The notes under the pieces were generated by a model. The model searched no databases. It had not been told where the DNA came from and saw only the letters and a list, made by a program, of their open reading frames with translations. Of a stretch of 59,164 nucleotides of DNA, positions 9,695 through 20,390 are shown one piece after another. Origin of the DNA: Candidatus Daviesbacteria bacterium RIFCSPHIGHO2_02_FULL_36_13 (lineage in GTDB: Bacteria; Patescibacteriota; Microgenomatia; Daviesbacterales; UBA10151); contig MFCV01000048.1 of the NCBI GenBank assembly GCA_001777015.1, forward strand, positions 5,341 through 64,504, given 5' to 3'. The position numbers and the translations under genes are program-made. Position 1 is the stretch's first letter. Every line of letters begins with the position of its first letter.

Positions 9695-11247
9695 TTAAAA
9701 AAATAATCAAAACTATCTTTTTTATTCTCATTATTTCCAATATTATTTTGGCTTCAAGATGGGTATTTGATGGGAATATTTTCTTCCATACTGATATTGC
9801 ACGTGATTTTTTATTGATGGAAGATATTGTTGATAATAATAACTTAACCTTAATTGGCCCAAGGTCAGGTGCAATACCTGGATTATTTCACGGACCTTTG
9901 TGGCTTTATTCAAATATTCCTGCCTTTGTATTAGGTCAGGGTGACCCTGTTGTTGTTGGTTGGTTTTGGGTGTTTCTTTACACCTTAAGTGTATATATTG
10001 CATATTTGATAGGAAACAAAATGTTTGGGGAGACAGAAGGGCTTCTAAGTGCTCTACTTTTATCGGTTGTGACAGTATTACAAGTAAGGTCCTTATTTAA
10101 TCCCTATGGAGCATTGCTTTTATTTCCTTTATTTTTTTACGTCCTAACAGTGTATCTTAGAAAAAAGGATATTAAAATTCTCTTACTGTCTCTATTTTTG
10201 GTTGGACTTATTATTCAATTTCAAATGGCATTTGGGGTGCCCATTTTGATTTTAAGCTTTTTTTACCTTTTGTATTTTTTCTTTAAGAATAAAATTTTTT
10301 CTCATTTATTTTCTTTTTTTATACTTTTAATTCCACTATCCTCATTTCTCTTATTTGATGTTAGGAATAATTTTCTCCAATTAAATTCTGTAATTTCCTA
10401 TATAGGTGGACAGCAAAGCCATGGAAAATTGGATTTAAATTTTTTTCAACTTGTTGTCCTTAGGATAAAAGAATCGGTTGTAGATGGATTTGGTGTTATT
10501 ACTCAGGGAAATTTATATTTATCCATTTCAATCCTTTTGTTATTTATTTTTGCGGTGTATTTAAATATTAAAAGAAAAAGAGATTTATTAAATTTAAATT
10601 TGTTTCTTTATTTTTATTTTGGGTTTTGGTTTATGACAATTTTTTTTAAAGGACCTGTCTGGAATTATTATTTTATTCCTTTTATTCCCCTCTTAATTCT
10701 TATGTTAGTTTCTTTAAAGAATTACCTAAATAAATTTCTTTTTTATTTTCTGTTTACATTAATTTATATTGTCAATTTCCAAACTAATATAAAGGATTTA
10801 AGTTCATATAACATTAATGCTTACGAGCAAGATGTAAGTACCTGGAAGTTTAATAAATTAGCAGCAGAAGAGGTTTTCAAAGGAGAGGAGAAAGAATTTG
10901 GGTATTTTATTTTTACACCGGATTTATATGGCTATTCTCCCCGTTTTGCTCTCAATTATTTTCAAAAAAGAAATCCAGAAAGATCAGTATTTCCATATGA
11001 GAAAAAAGCTGTGACATATCTTGTTATTGCCCCACCTCCAGAATATGGCAGGGATCCAAACAGTTTATGGTATCAAAAAAATACCAATAGCTCTTCATGG
11101 AAAGCAAATGATATAAGAATAGATAGAAATCCTAATCAAGTAATTAATTTTAAAAATGGCTTTGTAGTAGAAAAATATTTACTAACAGAAGAAGAATTAA
11201 AATCTACTCCAAATCCTAATCTTATAAAAGATATATTCTTTAGATAA
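9673..11247 (+). CDS. GT-C-like polytopic membrane protein (ArnT-like), tandem paralog 2
   Basis: FFHTDIARDFLLMEDI...LIGPR aligns with the preceding protein. An alternative start at ATG 9691 would give an ATGA overlap with the upstream stop. Confidence 0.55.
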   Translation: MGTTTEMIKKIIKTIFFILIISNIILASRWVFDGNIFFHTDIARDFLLMEDIVDNNNLTLIGPRSGAIPGLFHGPLWLYSNIPAFVLGQGDPVVVGWFWVFLYTLSVYIAYLIGNKMFGETEGLLSALLLSVVTVLQVRSLFNPYGALLLFPLFFYVLTVYLRKKDIKILLLSLFLVGLIIQFQMAFGVPILILSFFYLLYFFFKNKIFSHLFSFFILLIPLSSFLLFDVRNNFLQLNSVISYIGGQQSHGKLDLNFFQLVVLRIKESVVDGFGVITQGNLYLSISILLLFIFAVYLNIKRKRDLLNLNLFLYFYFGFWFMTIFFKGPVWNYYFIPFIPLLILMLVSLKNYLNKFLFYFLFTLIYIVNFQTNIKDLSSYNINAYEQDVSTWKFNKLAAEEVFKGEEKEFGYFIFTPDLYGYSPRFALNYFQKRNPERSVFPYEKKAVTYLVIAPPPEYGRDPNSLWYQKNTNSSSWKANDIRIDRNPNQVINFKNGFVVEKYLLTEEELKSTPNPNLIKDIFFR

Positions 11248-13061
11248 TGATTAAATTGTTTCTAGGAATATTCATATTTGTCAGTTTTCTTTTTTTAAAT
11301 ACATTTTCAGCTTTAGCCCAAGAAATAAATTGCAATGATAGATATGCCACAATAGTTAATCCCATCCGCTCAAGAAATCTCTGGATTGATAAAAGCTTAG
11401 AACCTTTGAGAGATCAATATGAGTTAGTTAACAAATACAATTTTCCGGCAACATGGCTTATTCAATTTGATGTTTTAAAAGATAAAGAAGTTTTGGATGA
11501 GATTAGAAAGTTTGATGTAAATCAGGAAATGAGTGTTTTGTTAGAAGTCTCAGAGAAATTATCGGAACAAGCCAGAGTGGTATATCCACACGGTACTTAT
11601 TGGTATAACCCTAAAGTTGTTTTTCTATCAGGCTATCCTCAATCTGACAGAATAAAAATTATTGATAAATTGTTTGATGATTTTAAAAAAGAATTTGGTT
11701 ATTATCCAAAATCAGTAGGAGCTTGGTGGATTGATTCTTACGCTTTAAAATATATGAGAAATAAATATGGTATTACCACTGCCATGATTGTTGCTGACCA
11801 GAAAACTACAGATAACTATGGAGTATGGGGACAATGGTGGGGAGTACCTTACTATCCTGATAAAGATAATATTTTAACCCCTGCAAGTAATCTAGAGAAT
11901 AAAGAAAATATTGTTGTTATTCAGTGGGCTCAGAGAGATCCCAGCTTAGCTTACGGTGAGGGTCCTATATATTCCAATTATTCTTTGCAGGCAAATGATT
12001 ACATCCGTCAGGGAAAAGATACAGAATATTTTGCTGATTTGGTGAATGTTTATCTTGACTGCAAAAATCCTTTAGGACAAATAACAATTGGTTTGGAAAC
12101 AGGAATAGAAAGCGTGGGGTATATTGATGAATACGATAATCAATTAAAGTATTTATCTCAAATTCAAGATCTTAAAGCAGTGACAATGAATCAATTTGCT
12201 GAGGATTTTTCCAGAGTTTTTCCTCAATTCCCAGAACAATTTTTGTTAGGTTCTAATTGGGATTTAAAAAATGATATGAGGATTAATGAAAAATTAGGAG
12301 ATAAGATTAAGTATCAACAGAATATAGCTTTTAAAGATTATTTTACTGCAGACAAAAATGATTTTCTTGATAGAAATTTAGAAAATTTAAATCAAAAGAA
12401 TCTAACTTATTTTCCTTGGTTTATGTTTTTGATTTTTGTTGCTGGCTTTGTCTTTAGATTTAAGAAGTTATTTAATCTTTGGGTAATAGGAACTCTGTTT
12501 CTAGCTGCATCATTTGGACTGGTTTTAAAATCAAATTACCAAATGGGCTGGGAAGTTTTTTATGGACCAGTTATTCCCTATCTTATGGTTGTACAAATAA
12601 TTATCATCATGGTTAGCTACACTATAATTTGGTTTTTACATAGAAAATTCCCCAATTTATTACTTTGGCTTATTCCACTTTCCTTTGGGTTTGATTTTAT
12701 TATTAAAGCTTTAAGGTTTTCATATTTTGAGAATAAATATTATTTTGGATTTGCCGGCGATGCCTTAAGATTTATTGGGATATCTTTTTCTAAACCGTTT
12801 AATATAGAATTTGTCAATAAAGATTTTTCCTCTGTGATATCAGCCTCCCTTCTAAGATTTGATTTTTCTAAAATTTGGGATAATTTGTATTTATCACTCA
12901 TTGCTTATCCCTTAATCCATATTATTTTTGTAATCTTGTTTGGGTATTTAATACATAGATTGCCAGTTAAATTCAGAAAGTTGATACTGGCAATACTTAC
13001 CTTGTTTACAATGCTTTTTCTTATCGATATTTTCCAAGCTGATCCGCGTTTGGTACAATGA
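11247..13061 (+). CDS. Exported protein: N-terminal signal/anchor, ~380-aa extracytoplasmic domain, C-terminal multi-pass membrane domain; function unknown
   Basis: MIKLFLGIFIFVSFLFLNTFSALA signal-like N-terminus, then a hydrophilic domain, then hydrophobic helices from about residue 390. This is the reverse of the domain order in the neighbouring GT-C proteins. Confidence 0.4.
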   Translation: MIKLFLGIFIFVSFLFLNTFSALAQEINCNDRYATIVNPIRSRNLWIDKSLEPLRDQYELVNKYNFPATWLIQFDVLKDKEVLDEIRKFDVNQEMSVLLEVSEKLSEQARVVYPHGTYWYNPKVVFLSGYPQSDRIKIIDKLFDDFKKEFGYYPKSVGAWWIDSYALKYMRNKYGITTAMIVADQKTTDNYGVWGQWWGVPYYPDKDNILTPASNLENKENIVVIQWAQRDPSLAYGEGPIYSNYSLQANDYIRQGKDTEYFADLVNVYLDCKNPLGQITIGLETGIESVGYIDEYDNQLKYLSQIQDLKAVTMNQFAEDFSRVFPQFPEQFLLGSNWDLKNDMRINEKLGDKIKYQQNIAFKDYFTADKNDFLDRNLENLNQKNLTYFPWFMFLIFVAGFVFRFKKLFNLWVIGTLFLAASFGLVLKSNYQMGWEVFYGPVIPYLMVVQIIIIMVSYTIIWFLHRKFPNLLLWLIPLSFGFDFIIKALRFSYFENKYYFGFAGDALRFIGISFSKPFNIEFVNKDFSSVISASLLRFDFSKIWDNLYLSLIAYPLIHIIFVILFGYLIHRLPVKFRKLILAILTLFTMLFLIDIFQADPRLVQ

Positions 13062-13065
13062 TTTA

Positions 13066-14079
13066 ATGGTACGTGTTGGATTAGATATTTCTCAAACTGC
13101 ACATATAGGCGGGGTTTCTGTATATACTGAAAATCTTGCTAAACAATTATCCAAAATAGTTGACTTAGAAATGGTTTATTTCTATTCCTCGCTAAGAAAA
13201 CCGTATAAGGGGGGATTAAAAAATGTTAAAAAGTATAAACTGCCGCCAATTCTTTTTGAGATGCTTTTTAACAAATGGAGAAATGTAGGAATTGAGAAAT
13301 TTTTAGGTCCATTGGATATATTTCACTCCTCTGATTGGACTCAGCCTCCAACAAAAGCTAAAAAAGTAACAACTTATCATGATGTTATTCCCATTAAATA
13401 TCCTCAGTGGTCTCATTCAAAAATTATCAAAGTTCACAAAAGAAGACTTGAGATCGTAGAACAAGAAATTGATTTTGTAATCGCTGTTTCAGAGTCAACA
13501 AAAAATGATTTAATCGAAACTACAAGAATTCCTGAAGAAAAAATTAGAGTGATTTATGAGGCTCCTGCTGCTGATTTTAAAGTACAACCAAAAAGTAAAG
13601 TTGAGGAATTTAGAAGAAAATATAAACTGCCTGATAAATTTATATTAGCAATAGGTGGAATTGGTGAAAGAAGAAATTTGAGTAGAATAAAGACTGCTGC
13701 AGCAGGATATCATTTAGTAATATCAGGTCAAGATATTCCCTGGCTCGATTTGGAGGAATTAGAACTTTTATATAACAGCGCCCATGCCTTGGTTTATTGT
13801 TCTCTGTATGAGGGTTTTGGTTTACCTATATTGGATAGTTTTGCCTGCGGTGTGCCAGTTGTGACTTCTAATGTTTCCTCCATGCCTGAAATTGGCGGAG
13901 ATGCGGCCATCTATGTTGATCCTTATGATGTGGAGGCTATAAGAAAACAGATAAAGGCTGTGATGAATGATGAAGGATTAAAGAAGGAGTTGATAGAGAA
14001 GGGGTTTAAACAGGTGAAGAAATTTTCATGGGAGAAGACAGCCAGAGAGACAGCTGATGTCTACGGGAGGTTAGTTTGA
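13066..14079 (+). CDS. GT4-family glycosyltransferase
   Basis: YEGFGLPILDSFACGVPVVTSNVSSMPEIGGDAA (EX7E region); 337 aa. Confidence 0.85.
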   Translation: MVRVGLDISQTAHIGGVSVYTENLAKQLSKIVDLEMVYFYSSLRKPYKGGLKNVKKYKLPPILFEMLFNKWRNVGIEKFLGPLDIFHSSDWTQPPTKAKKVTTYHDVIPIKYPQWSHSKIIKVHKRRLEIVEQEIDFVIAVSESTKNDLIETTRIPEEKIRVIYEAPAADFKVQPKSKVEEFRRKYKLPDKFILAIGGIGERRNLSRIKTAAAGYHLVISGQDIPWLDLEELELLYNSAHALVYCSLYEGFGLPILDSFACGVPVVTSNVSSMPEIGGDAAIYVDPYDVEAIRKQIKAVMNDEGLKKELIEKGFKQVKKFSWEKTARETADVYGRLV

Positions 14080-15155
14080 AAATTTGGATTGATGGGTACG
14101 AAGCAAATGTTCCCCAAAGGGTTGGATCTGGTCAAGTTGCCTTTGAGCTGATTAAAGCTTTTGAAAAATTAGATCACCAAAATAACTACACAATTTGTTT
14201 ACCGGGCTCCCCTCTTGATGATTTACCGAAGGCAAGAGAAGGATGGCAGTATAAAATATTAAAACCAAAAAGATTTTGGACAAGAATTGCTTTACCTATT
14301 GCTCTATATTTTTCAAAAGAAAAGCCAGATTTGATTTTTTCTCCAACACACTATATTCCAAATCCCACCTCAGTTAAAAGAATAGTAACCATTTTTGACC
14401 TCTCCTTTTTAAAATTTCCCGAGACCTTTCTTAGGAGTGATTTGTGGCAACTGACAAAAGGAACTAAATTTTCAGCCAGATTTGCAGATCATATAATTAC
14501 AATTTCAAATTCAACAAAAAAAGATATTATTTCCCAATATAAAATTAACAAAGAAAAAATCACAGTGGCCTATCCTGGATTTAATAATGATATTTTTCAC
14601 AAATCCAGTAATAAATCGGAAAACTACATTATATATATAGGGACTATCCAGCCAAGGAAAAATCTCATAAGACTTATGGAGGCTGTTTCTAAAATAGAAA
14701 ATCTAAGGTTAGTTGTTGTTGGTAAAACAGAAGGAGAAGGTAAAAAGGGTTGGAAATATGAGGAAATTTTAGAAACTCCAAAGAGATTGGGGATTGAAGA
14801 TAGAGTAGAATTTAGAGGATTTGTACCACTTAAGGAGTTATCTGGTTTACTGGCAGGCGCCCAGGCTTTTGTGCTACCTTCCTTATACGAAGGATTTGGA
14901 ATACCAGTACTTGAGGCAATGGCTTCAGGTACTCCTGTTATCGTTTCAAACGTCTCATCATTACCTGAGGTTGTTGGTAAAGCCGGACTTTTAGTTAATC
15001 CTAATTCTGTTGATCAAATAGAACAGGCTATAAGAACAATAGTTTCTGATAAAAAAATAAGAGAAAAATATTCAAGATTGGGAATAGAGCAAGCCAAAAA
15101 GTTTTCCTGGGACAAAATGGCCAAAATTATCTTGAAAGTGTTTGCTTCTATCTAG
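14076..15155 (+). CDS. GT4-family glycosyltransferase
   Basis: [34 protein letters not shown] start overlaps the upstream TGA, with GGGAGG 5 nt upstream. Confidence 0.85.
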   Translation: MKIWIDGYEANVPQRVGSGQVAFELIKAFEKLDHQNNYTICLPGSPLDDLPKAREGWQYKILKPKRFWTRIALPIALYFSKEKPDLIFSPTHYIPNPTSVKRIVTIFDLSFLKFPETFLRSDLWQLTKGTKFSARFADHIITISNSTKKDIISQYKINKEKITVAYPGFNNDIFHKSSNKSENYIIYIGTIQPRKNLIRLMEAVSKIENLRLVVVGKTEGEGKKGWKYEEILETPKRLGIEDRVEFRGFVPLKELSGLLAGAQAFVLPSLYEGFGIPVLEAMASGTPVIVSNVSSLPEVVGKAGLLVNPNSVDQIEQAIRTIVSDKKIREKYSRLGIEQAKKFSWDKMAKIILKVFASI

Positions 15156-15179
15156 TATTCCCCATATAATTAACTACAT

Positions 15180-15782
15180 ATGGCAGTTTTTAAAGATAGA
15201 AATGGTAGGGATCTAAGTTTAGGTGAGGCTTCAGGAAAGATAGGCAACAGATTTTATAATTATTGGGCTGATTTCTTTTTATTCTTAGGGACCATTCTTA
15301 TTAATTGTCCGTCACATCACCTGAGAAGATTAGTAATAAGGTTTGCTGGTGCAAAGATAGGACGTGGTTCAAGTATTCATATGGGTTTAAGCTTTTTTTC
15401 TTTAAAAAAGGTGAGGATTGGACAGGATACTATTATTGGCAGAAATGCATTTTTGGATGGTAGGGATGTTATTAATATTGGCAGTCACGTTGATATTGCC
15501 TCAGACGTAATGATTTATAACTCTGAACATGATATAAACTCAGATGATTTTCATGCCATATTGGGGCCTGTAGAAATAGGGGACTATGTATTCATTGGTC
15601 CAAGGGCTATTATTTTGCCGGGAGTTAAAATTGGCAAAGGGGCAGTGATAGCAGCAGGGGCAGTTGTTACCAAAGATGTTGGGGAATTTAAGATTGTTGG
15701 AGGGGTGCCTGCACAAGTTATTGGAGAAAGAAATTTAAAAGATCCTCATTATAAATTAGGTAGGGCCAGGTGGTTTCAGTGA
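15180..15782 (+). CDS. Left-handed beta-helix (hexapeptide repeat) O-acetyltransferase
   Basis: Repeated [LIV]G-x4 hexapeptides (IGRGSSIH, IGQDTIIG, IGSHVDIA, IGDYVFIG, IGKGAVIA). N-terminal hydrophobic segment as in WcaF/Lac-type sugar acetyltransferases. Confidence 0.8.
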   Translation: MAVFKDRNGRDLSLGEASGKIGNRFYNYWADFFLFLGTILINCPSHHLRRLVIRFAGAKIGRGSSIHMGLSFFSLKKVRIGQDTIIGRNAFLDGRDVINIGSHVDIASDVMIYNSEHDINSDDFHAILGPVEIGDYVFIGPRAIILPGVKIGKGAVIAAGAVVTKDVGEFKIVGGVPAQVIGERNLKDPHYKLGRARWFQ

Positions 15783-16327
15783 TGAATAAAATATTCAAGA
15801 CTTTTGCAGTAATTCTTTTAATTTATATGCTTTGGCCAGGTTCAAAAGGGATTTCAGATTTTAAACCTCTGCCTGATTCTGCAAAATCAACTCTCTCAGG
15901 TGATACAGTCCAAATTCCAAATGTATCTGCGTATTTTTCATATCAATTTAGGAATTTTGTAATACCTTTTTATTATAAGAACTTCCAAGAAGCATCTCAC
16001 TTTCCTTTCCCCCCTTTAAAACTTAATCATCCCCCGGAATATTCATGGACAGTTATAAAAAAGCCTACAGATACAACATACCTTGAGGAGTTTATTTACC
16101 CCTTACGGGACTCGCTTTATATAAATGGTTTTGAAAATCATCATCCTGACGGCAGTAAAGTATTTTATGGATCTCCTGAGCTTAGGGAAGATGGAAAACT
16201 TTGGTATACCAAAACAACATTAAGATTATATACCTCCAATATTTTAGTTAGAATTTTAGTTTGGTTTGGAATTGTATTTTCTTTTATATACATAAGTAAA
16301 TTAGGAAGGAGTATTTTAAAGGAATGA
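15782..16327 (+). CDS. Hypothetical protein with N- and C-terminal hydrophobic anchors
   Basis: ORF. ATG 15782 overlaps the upstream TGA (TGATG); GTG 15770 in the track is in frame. No recognisable motif. Confidence 0.45.
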   Translation: MNKIFKTFAVILLIYMLWPGSKGISDFKPLPDSAKSTLSGDTVQIPNVSAYFSYQFRNFVIPFYYKNFQEASHFPFPPLKLNHPPEYSWTVIKKPTDTTYLEEFIYPLRDSLYINGFENHHPDGSKVFYGSPELREDGKLWYTKTTLRLYTSNILVRILVWFGIVFSFIYISKLGRSILKE

Positions 16328-17742
16328 ACTGGCTTAAAAATAATTTGGATAGAGTTTTATATATACTGACCTTATTTCTATTTGCATTTATTCCCCTTTA
16401 TCCAAAATTCCCTTTACTGAATATTTCAGGTACTTATGTGGCGGTAAGACTGGAGGATTTATTGATTGGATTAACACTAGCACTTTGGATTTGGTATCTA
16501 ATTATAAACAAAAACTTTTCCTTTTTTACTAAGGATAATATAGGAAGGTCGTTTATATTATTTTTTGCGATTGGATGTTTATCACTTTTTTCGGGAATTT
16601 TTTTAACTCACAGCGTTGTTCCTCATTTAGGTCTGCTCCATCTTTTCAGGAGAATTGAATTTATGTTGCTTTTACCGGTTATTGCAACCGTTTTTACAAC
16701 AAGGAAAAGATTTATGACAGCATTAATGGTGTTAGTGATGACGCTTGCGGCGGTGAATATATTTGCATTAGGACAAAAATATTTAGACTGGCCTGTTATC
16801 TCGACTACTAATTCGGAATTTGCAAAAGGATTGCCTTTAAAACTTACACCAGGAGCTAGAGTAAATTCTACATTCGCCGGCCATTATGATTTAGCTGTAT
16901 TTTTGGATATGGCTTTAATTTTATTAACTACTTTGATCTTTGCCTTTAGAAAATTGATTAAGCCAATGTTTTTAATTTTAGGTGTAGTCTCTACTCTTGT
17001 TTTAGTGATGACTGCGGCCAGAGTTTCATTTATTGCTGCATTCGTTGGATTGATTGCTGCGCTAATTCTTTCCAAAAAGAAAAAATACTTATTACTGCTT
17101 GTGATAATTGCTATGGCTATTGCAGTTTACCCTTCCCAGCTTAGAGATAGGTTTATTTCTACAGTCACTATAAATTTACTGGATTTAGGACAAAGATATG
17201 AAGGAAGAAATTTAAATCAGCAGTTGGAAAATAAATTAAACATTCCAACTTTGTATTACAGAATTTCAAGCCGCTCTGCCACCGGTGCGTCCTTTGCAAG
17301 TCCTACAGCCGGAATACCTATAGATATAGCCCCTGGGGAGCCAATAAATGTCACGGATTTGGGTGTTTATAGATCCTTTGAGATAAGGCTGAATATTGAA
17401 TGGCCAAGAGCAGTGAATGCCTTTTTGAAAAACCCATTCTTAGGAACAGGATATGCATCTTTAGGAATAGCCACTGATAATGATTTTTTGAGATCTTTAG
17501 GTGAAGTGGGAATTTTAGGAACAACAGCATTTATTTTAGTTCTACTATCGATTTGGAAAACAATATATAAAGGAATAAAGAGCGACGAAAAGATTATTAG
17601 ATTTTTTTCTGCAGGCAGTCTTTCTATAATAATAGTCTTTTTGATTAATAGTGTTTTTATTGATGTTTTTGAAGCTTCGAAAGTAGCTGCATTATTGTGG
17701 ATGATTTTAGGATTAAATATTGGATTAATAAGGAATAAATGA
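16324..17742 (+). CDS. O-antigen ligase/polymerase-like (Wzy_C-type) polytopic membrane protein
   Basis: Helical bundle with a large loop (residues ~270-370) and MTAARVSFIA-type segment, typical of the O-antigen ligase family. ATGA overlaps on both sides. Confidence 0.6.
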   Translation: MNWLKNNLDRVLYILTLFLFAFIPLYPKFPLLNISGTYVAVRLEDLLIGLTLALWIWYLIINKNFSFFTKDNIGRSFILFFAIGCLSLFSGIFLTHSVVPHLGLLHLFRRIEFMLLLPVIATVFTTRKRFMTALMVLVMTLAAVNIFALGQKYLDWPVISTTNSEFAKGLPLKLTPGARVNSTFAGHYDLAVFLDMALILLTTLIFAFRKLIKPMFLILGVVSTLVLVMTAARVSFIAAFVGLIAALILSKKKKYLLLLVIIAMAIAVYPSQLRDRFISTVTINLLDLGQRYEGRNLNQQLENKLNIPTLYYRISSRSATGASFASPTAGIPIDIAPGEPINVTDLGVYRSFEIRLNIEWPRAVNAFLKNPFLGTGYASLGIATDNDFLRSLGEVGILGTTAFILVLLSIWKTIYKGIKSDEKIIRFFSAGSLSIIIVFLINSVFIDVFEASKVAALLWMILGLNIGLIRNK

Positions 17743-19184
17743 GTATTTTAAGAAAATTCTTTTTATTAGGATTAATTATACTTCTAGCTTTTGTGCTTAG
17801 GCTTTGGAAGATTGATAGTCCAATTGCTGATTGGCATTCATGGAGACAGGCAGATACAGCAGCTGTTACCAGAAATTTCATAAAACACGGGTTTAATCCA
17901 TTTTTGCCTAAATTTGACGATATGTCTGCAATTTCAGAATTTCCGGTAGCTAATCCTTTAGGATTTCGCTTTGTAGAATTTCCTGTTTATAATATTTTTG
18001 TTTATCCTTTCTATTTATTTTTTGGTATTGAAGATATGTATCACAGGTTAGTTTCAGTATTTTTCTCTTTGGGGTCAACCGCTGTTTTATACTTTTTAGT
18101 TAAAAAATACTGGGATCAGACAACGGCTTTTTTGTCAGCTCTCACTTTTGCAATCCTTCCATATAATGTATTCTTTTCAAGAACAACTCTTCCTGAACCG
18201 ACCTTTGTATTTTTTTCTTTAAGTATGATGTTTTTTTCATCTGAATGGATAGAAAAAAATACAAAAATAAATCTTATATTGGCTTTTGTATTTACCTCGA
18301 TTGCCTTTTTAATAAAACCCTGGGCGATATTTTTCTATTTACCGCTTTTATATTTAAGTTTAAAGAAAAAAGCCCTAAAAAGATTTTTAATATTTTCATG
18401 TTTAGCATTTTTACCTTTTATATTTTGGCGGCTTTGGATATTGCAGCAGCCTGAGGGTATACCAGCATCATCCTGGCTATTAAACAGCGATGGGATCCGT
18501 TTCCGTCCTGCATTTTGGTGGTGGATTGTTTCCGAAAGAATGGGTAGGGAAATTTTAGGTGCCACAGGGTTGGTTTTATTTACTTTGGGGCTAATTTTAA
18601 AACCGAAAAATGGAAACTATTTTTTTCATTTTTGGGCCCTTTCCATTTTCTTGTATTTTGCAATTTTTGCAACAGGAAACGTCAGGCATGATTATTATCA
18701 GGTGTTATTTGTGCCTGTAGCAGCAGTTTTGCTCTCAGCAGGTTTTTTAAAACTTACACGGGGAGAAAATAATTTTGTCCCCAGAATATTTACAATTTCT
18801 CTGGCCCTAATTTTATATACACTTTCAATTTACTTTGGATATAAAGAAGTTAAAGGCCTTTATCAAATTAATAATCCTGTAATTGTAGAAGCCGGAAAGA
18901 AAGCAGATGAGATTTTACCAAAGGACGCTATAGTTTTGGCTCCCTATAATGGAGACAGCGCATTTTTATATCAGACCAATAGAAAAGGTTTTCCATTTGT
19001 ACCAACCTCCATAAAGGATTTAATTGCCGATTTTGGAGTAAGTTATTATATATCACCGAATTATGACGATAAGACCAATTGGGTCTTAAGGCATTTTTAT
19101 GCAATTGAAGAAAATCCTAAATTTGTTATTGTCGACTTAACAAAAGTAAAAAAAGATTTTAACGATAAAGATTTGGAGCCATAA
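17739..19184 (+). CDS. GT39/ArnT-like membrane glycosyltransferase (GT-C)
   Basis: WHSWRQADTAAVTRNF first-loop motif, multiple TM helices, soluble C-terminal ~110 aa. Confidence 0.65.
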   Translation: MSILRKFFLLGLIILLAFVLRLWKIDSPIADWHSWRQADTAAVTRNFIKHGFNPFLPKFDDMSAISEFPVANPLGFRFVEFPVYNIFVYPFYLFFGIEDMYHRLVSVFFSLGSTAVLYFLVKKYWDQTTAFLSALTFAILPYNVFFSRTTLPEPTFVFFSLSMMFFSSEWIEKNTKINLILAFVFTSIAFLIKPWAIFFYLPLLYLSLKKKALKRFLIFSCLAFLPFIFWRLWILQQPEGIPASSWLLNSDGIRFRPAFWWWIVSERMGREILGATGLVLFTLGLILKPKNGNYFFHFWALSIFLYFAIFATGNVRHDYYQVLFVPVAAVLLSAGFLKLTRGENNFVPRIFTISLALILYTLSIYFGYKEVKGLYQINNPVIVEAGKKADEILPKDAIVLAPYNGDSAFLYQTNRKGFPFVPTSIKDLIADFGVSYYISPNYDDKTNWVLRHFYAIEENPKFVIVDLTKVKKDFNDKDLEP

Positions 19185-20377
19185 TGAAGGTATTAATGTT
19201 AACTCCGTATTTACCGTATCCTTTGCTGACTGGCGGACAAACCAGATCATATAATTTAATCAAACGTTTGTCTTCTTTGGGTCATGAAATTACACTTTTT
19301 TGTTTAGTGAAAAACGATGCAGAAAGAAAATATGTTGGAGAACTAGAAAAATATTGTAAACAAGTAAGTGTTTTTAATAGATCAGAAAAACCTTGGACGG
19401 TTAAAAATATCTTGAAAACAGGATTGTCCTTCTACCCATTTCTAGTTGTTAGAAATTGGGCAAAAGGAGAGAGAAAAGTAATTGAAACAAAACTGAAAGA
19501 AGAAAAATTTGATCTTATTCATGCTGAAACTTTTTATGTTATGCCGCATATCCCCAAAACCAATATACCGATTCTTTTGGTTGAACAGACAATAGAATAT
19601 TTAGTTTATAAACACTTTGCCGATTCTTTTAAAATCCCTTTTTTAAAACACATGTTGTATTTGGATATCGCAAAGATGAAATATTGGGAGCTTAAATATT
19701 GGAGGCAAGCTAAAAAAGTAGTTGCTATGTCAGATGATGATAGAGAATCAATGCTTTTTCAAATTGCCAGTTTAGATTGCGATATTGTTCCTAATGGAGT
19801 AGATAGTTCCTACTTTGGTCAAAAAATTGCAGAAAAATCCAAAATTCCAACTATATTGTATCTTGGTAATTTTACCTGGCTTCAAAATAAAGAAGCAGTA
19901 GGTATTTTGTATGAAAAAATATGGCCTTTGATAAAGGAGAAAATAAAAAACGCTAGACTTTGGATAATAGGAAAAGATGCGAAAGAATTTTTTCCTAAAT
20001 TGGAATCAGAGGATGTAAGAGTTGAGGAAGTTAAGGACGTAAGAGAGGTTTACCAAAAAGCTTCAATTTTAGTTGCACCGATATATGGCGGGGGGGGAAC
20101 ACGCTATAAAAATTTTGAAGCTTTTGCTTCAGGATTGCCTGTTATAACAACCTCTATTGGTATAAGAGGAACAGATGCAAAAGATGGGGAAGATGTGTTA
20201 ATAAAAAATACTCCAAAAGAGATTGCAGATGCAGTATTGCAGCTACTGAAAGATAGAAAGCTTTACTCGCAAATCGCTGATAACGCCAAAAAAATGGTAA
20301 AGGAAAAATATGATTGGGATCCAATAGCTAAAAAGTTAAGCAGAATCTATGAAGATCTAGGAGGGGAGAAAGTCTAA
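19184..20377 (+). CDS. GT4-family glycosyltransferase
   Basis: MKVLMLTPYLPYPLLTGGQTR N-terminus; GGGTRYKNFEAFASGLPVITTSIG C-terminal region. Confidence 0.8.
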   Translation: MKVLMLTPYLPYPLLTGGQTRSYNLIKRLSSLGHEITLFCLVKNDAERKYVGELEKYCKQVSVFNRSEKPWTVKNILKTGLSFYPFLVVRNWAKGERKVIETKLKEEKFDLIHAETFYVMPHIPKTNIPILLVEQTIEYLVYKHFADSFKIPFLKHMLYLDIAKMKYWELKYWRQAKKVVAMSDDDRESMLFQIASLDCDIVPNGVDSSYFGQKIAEKSKIPTILYLGNFTWLQNKEAVGILYEKIWPLIKEKIKNARLWIIGKDAKEFFPKLESEDVRVEEVKDVREVYQKASILVAPIYGGGGTRYKNFEAFASGLPVITTSIGIRGTDAKDGEDVLIKNTPKEIADAVLQLLKDRKLYSQIADNAKKMVKEKYDWDPIAKKLSRIYEDLGGEKV

Positions 20378-20390
20378 ACGACTTTCGAGT

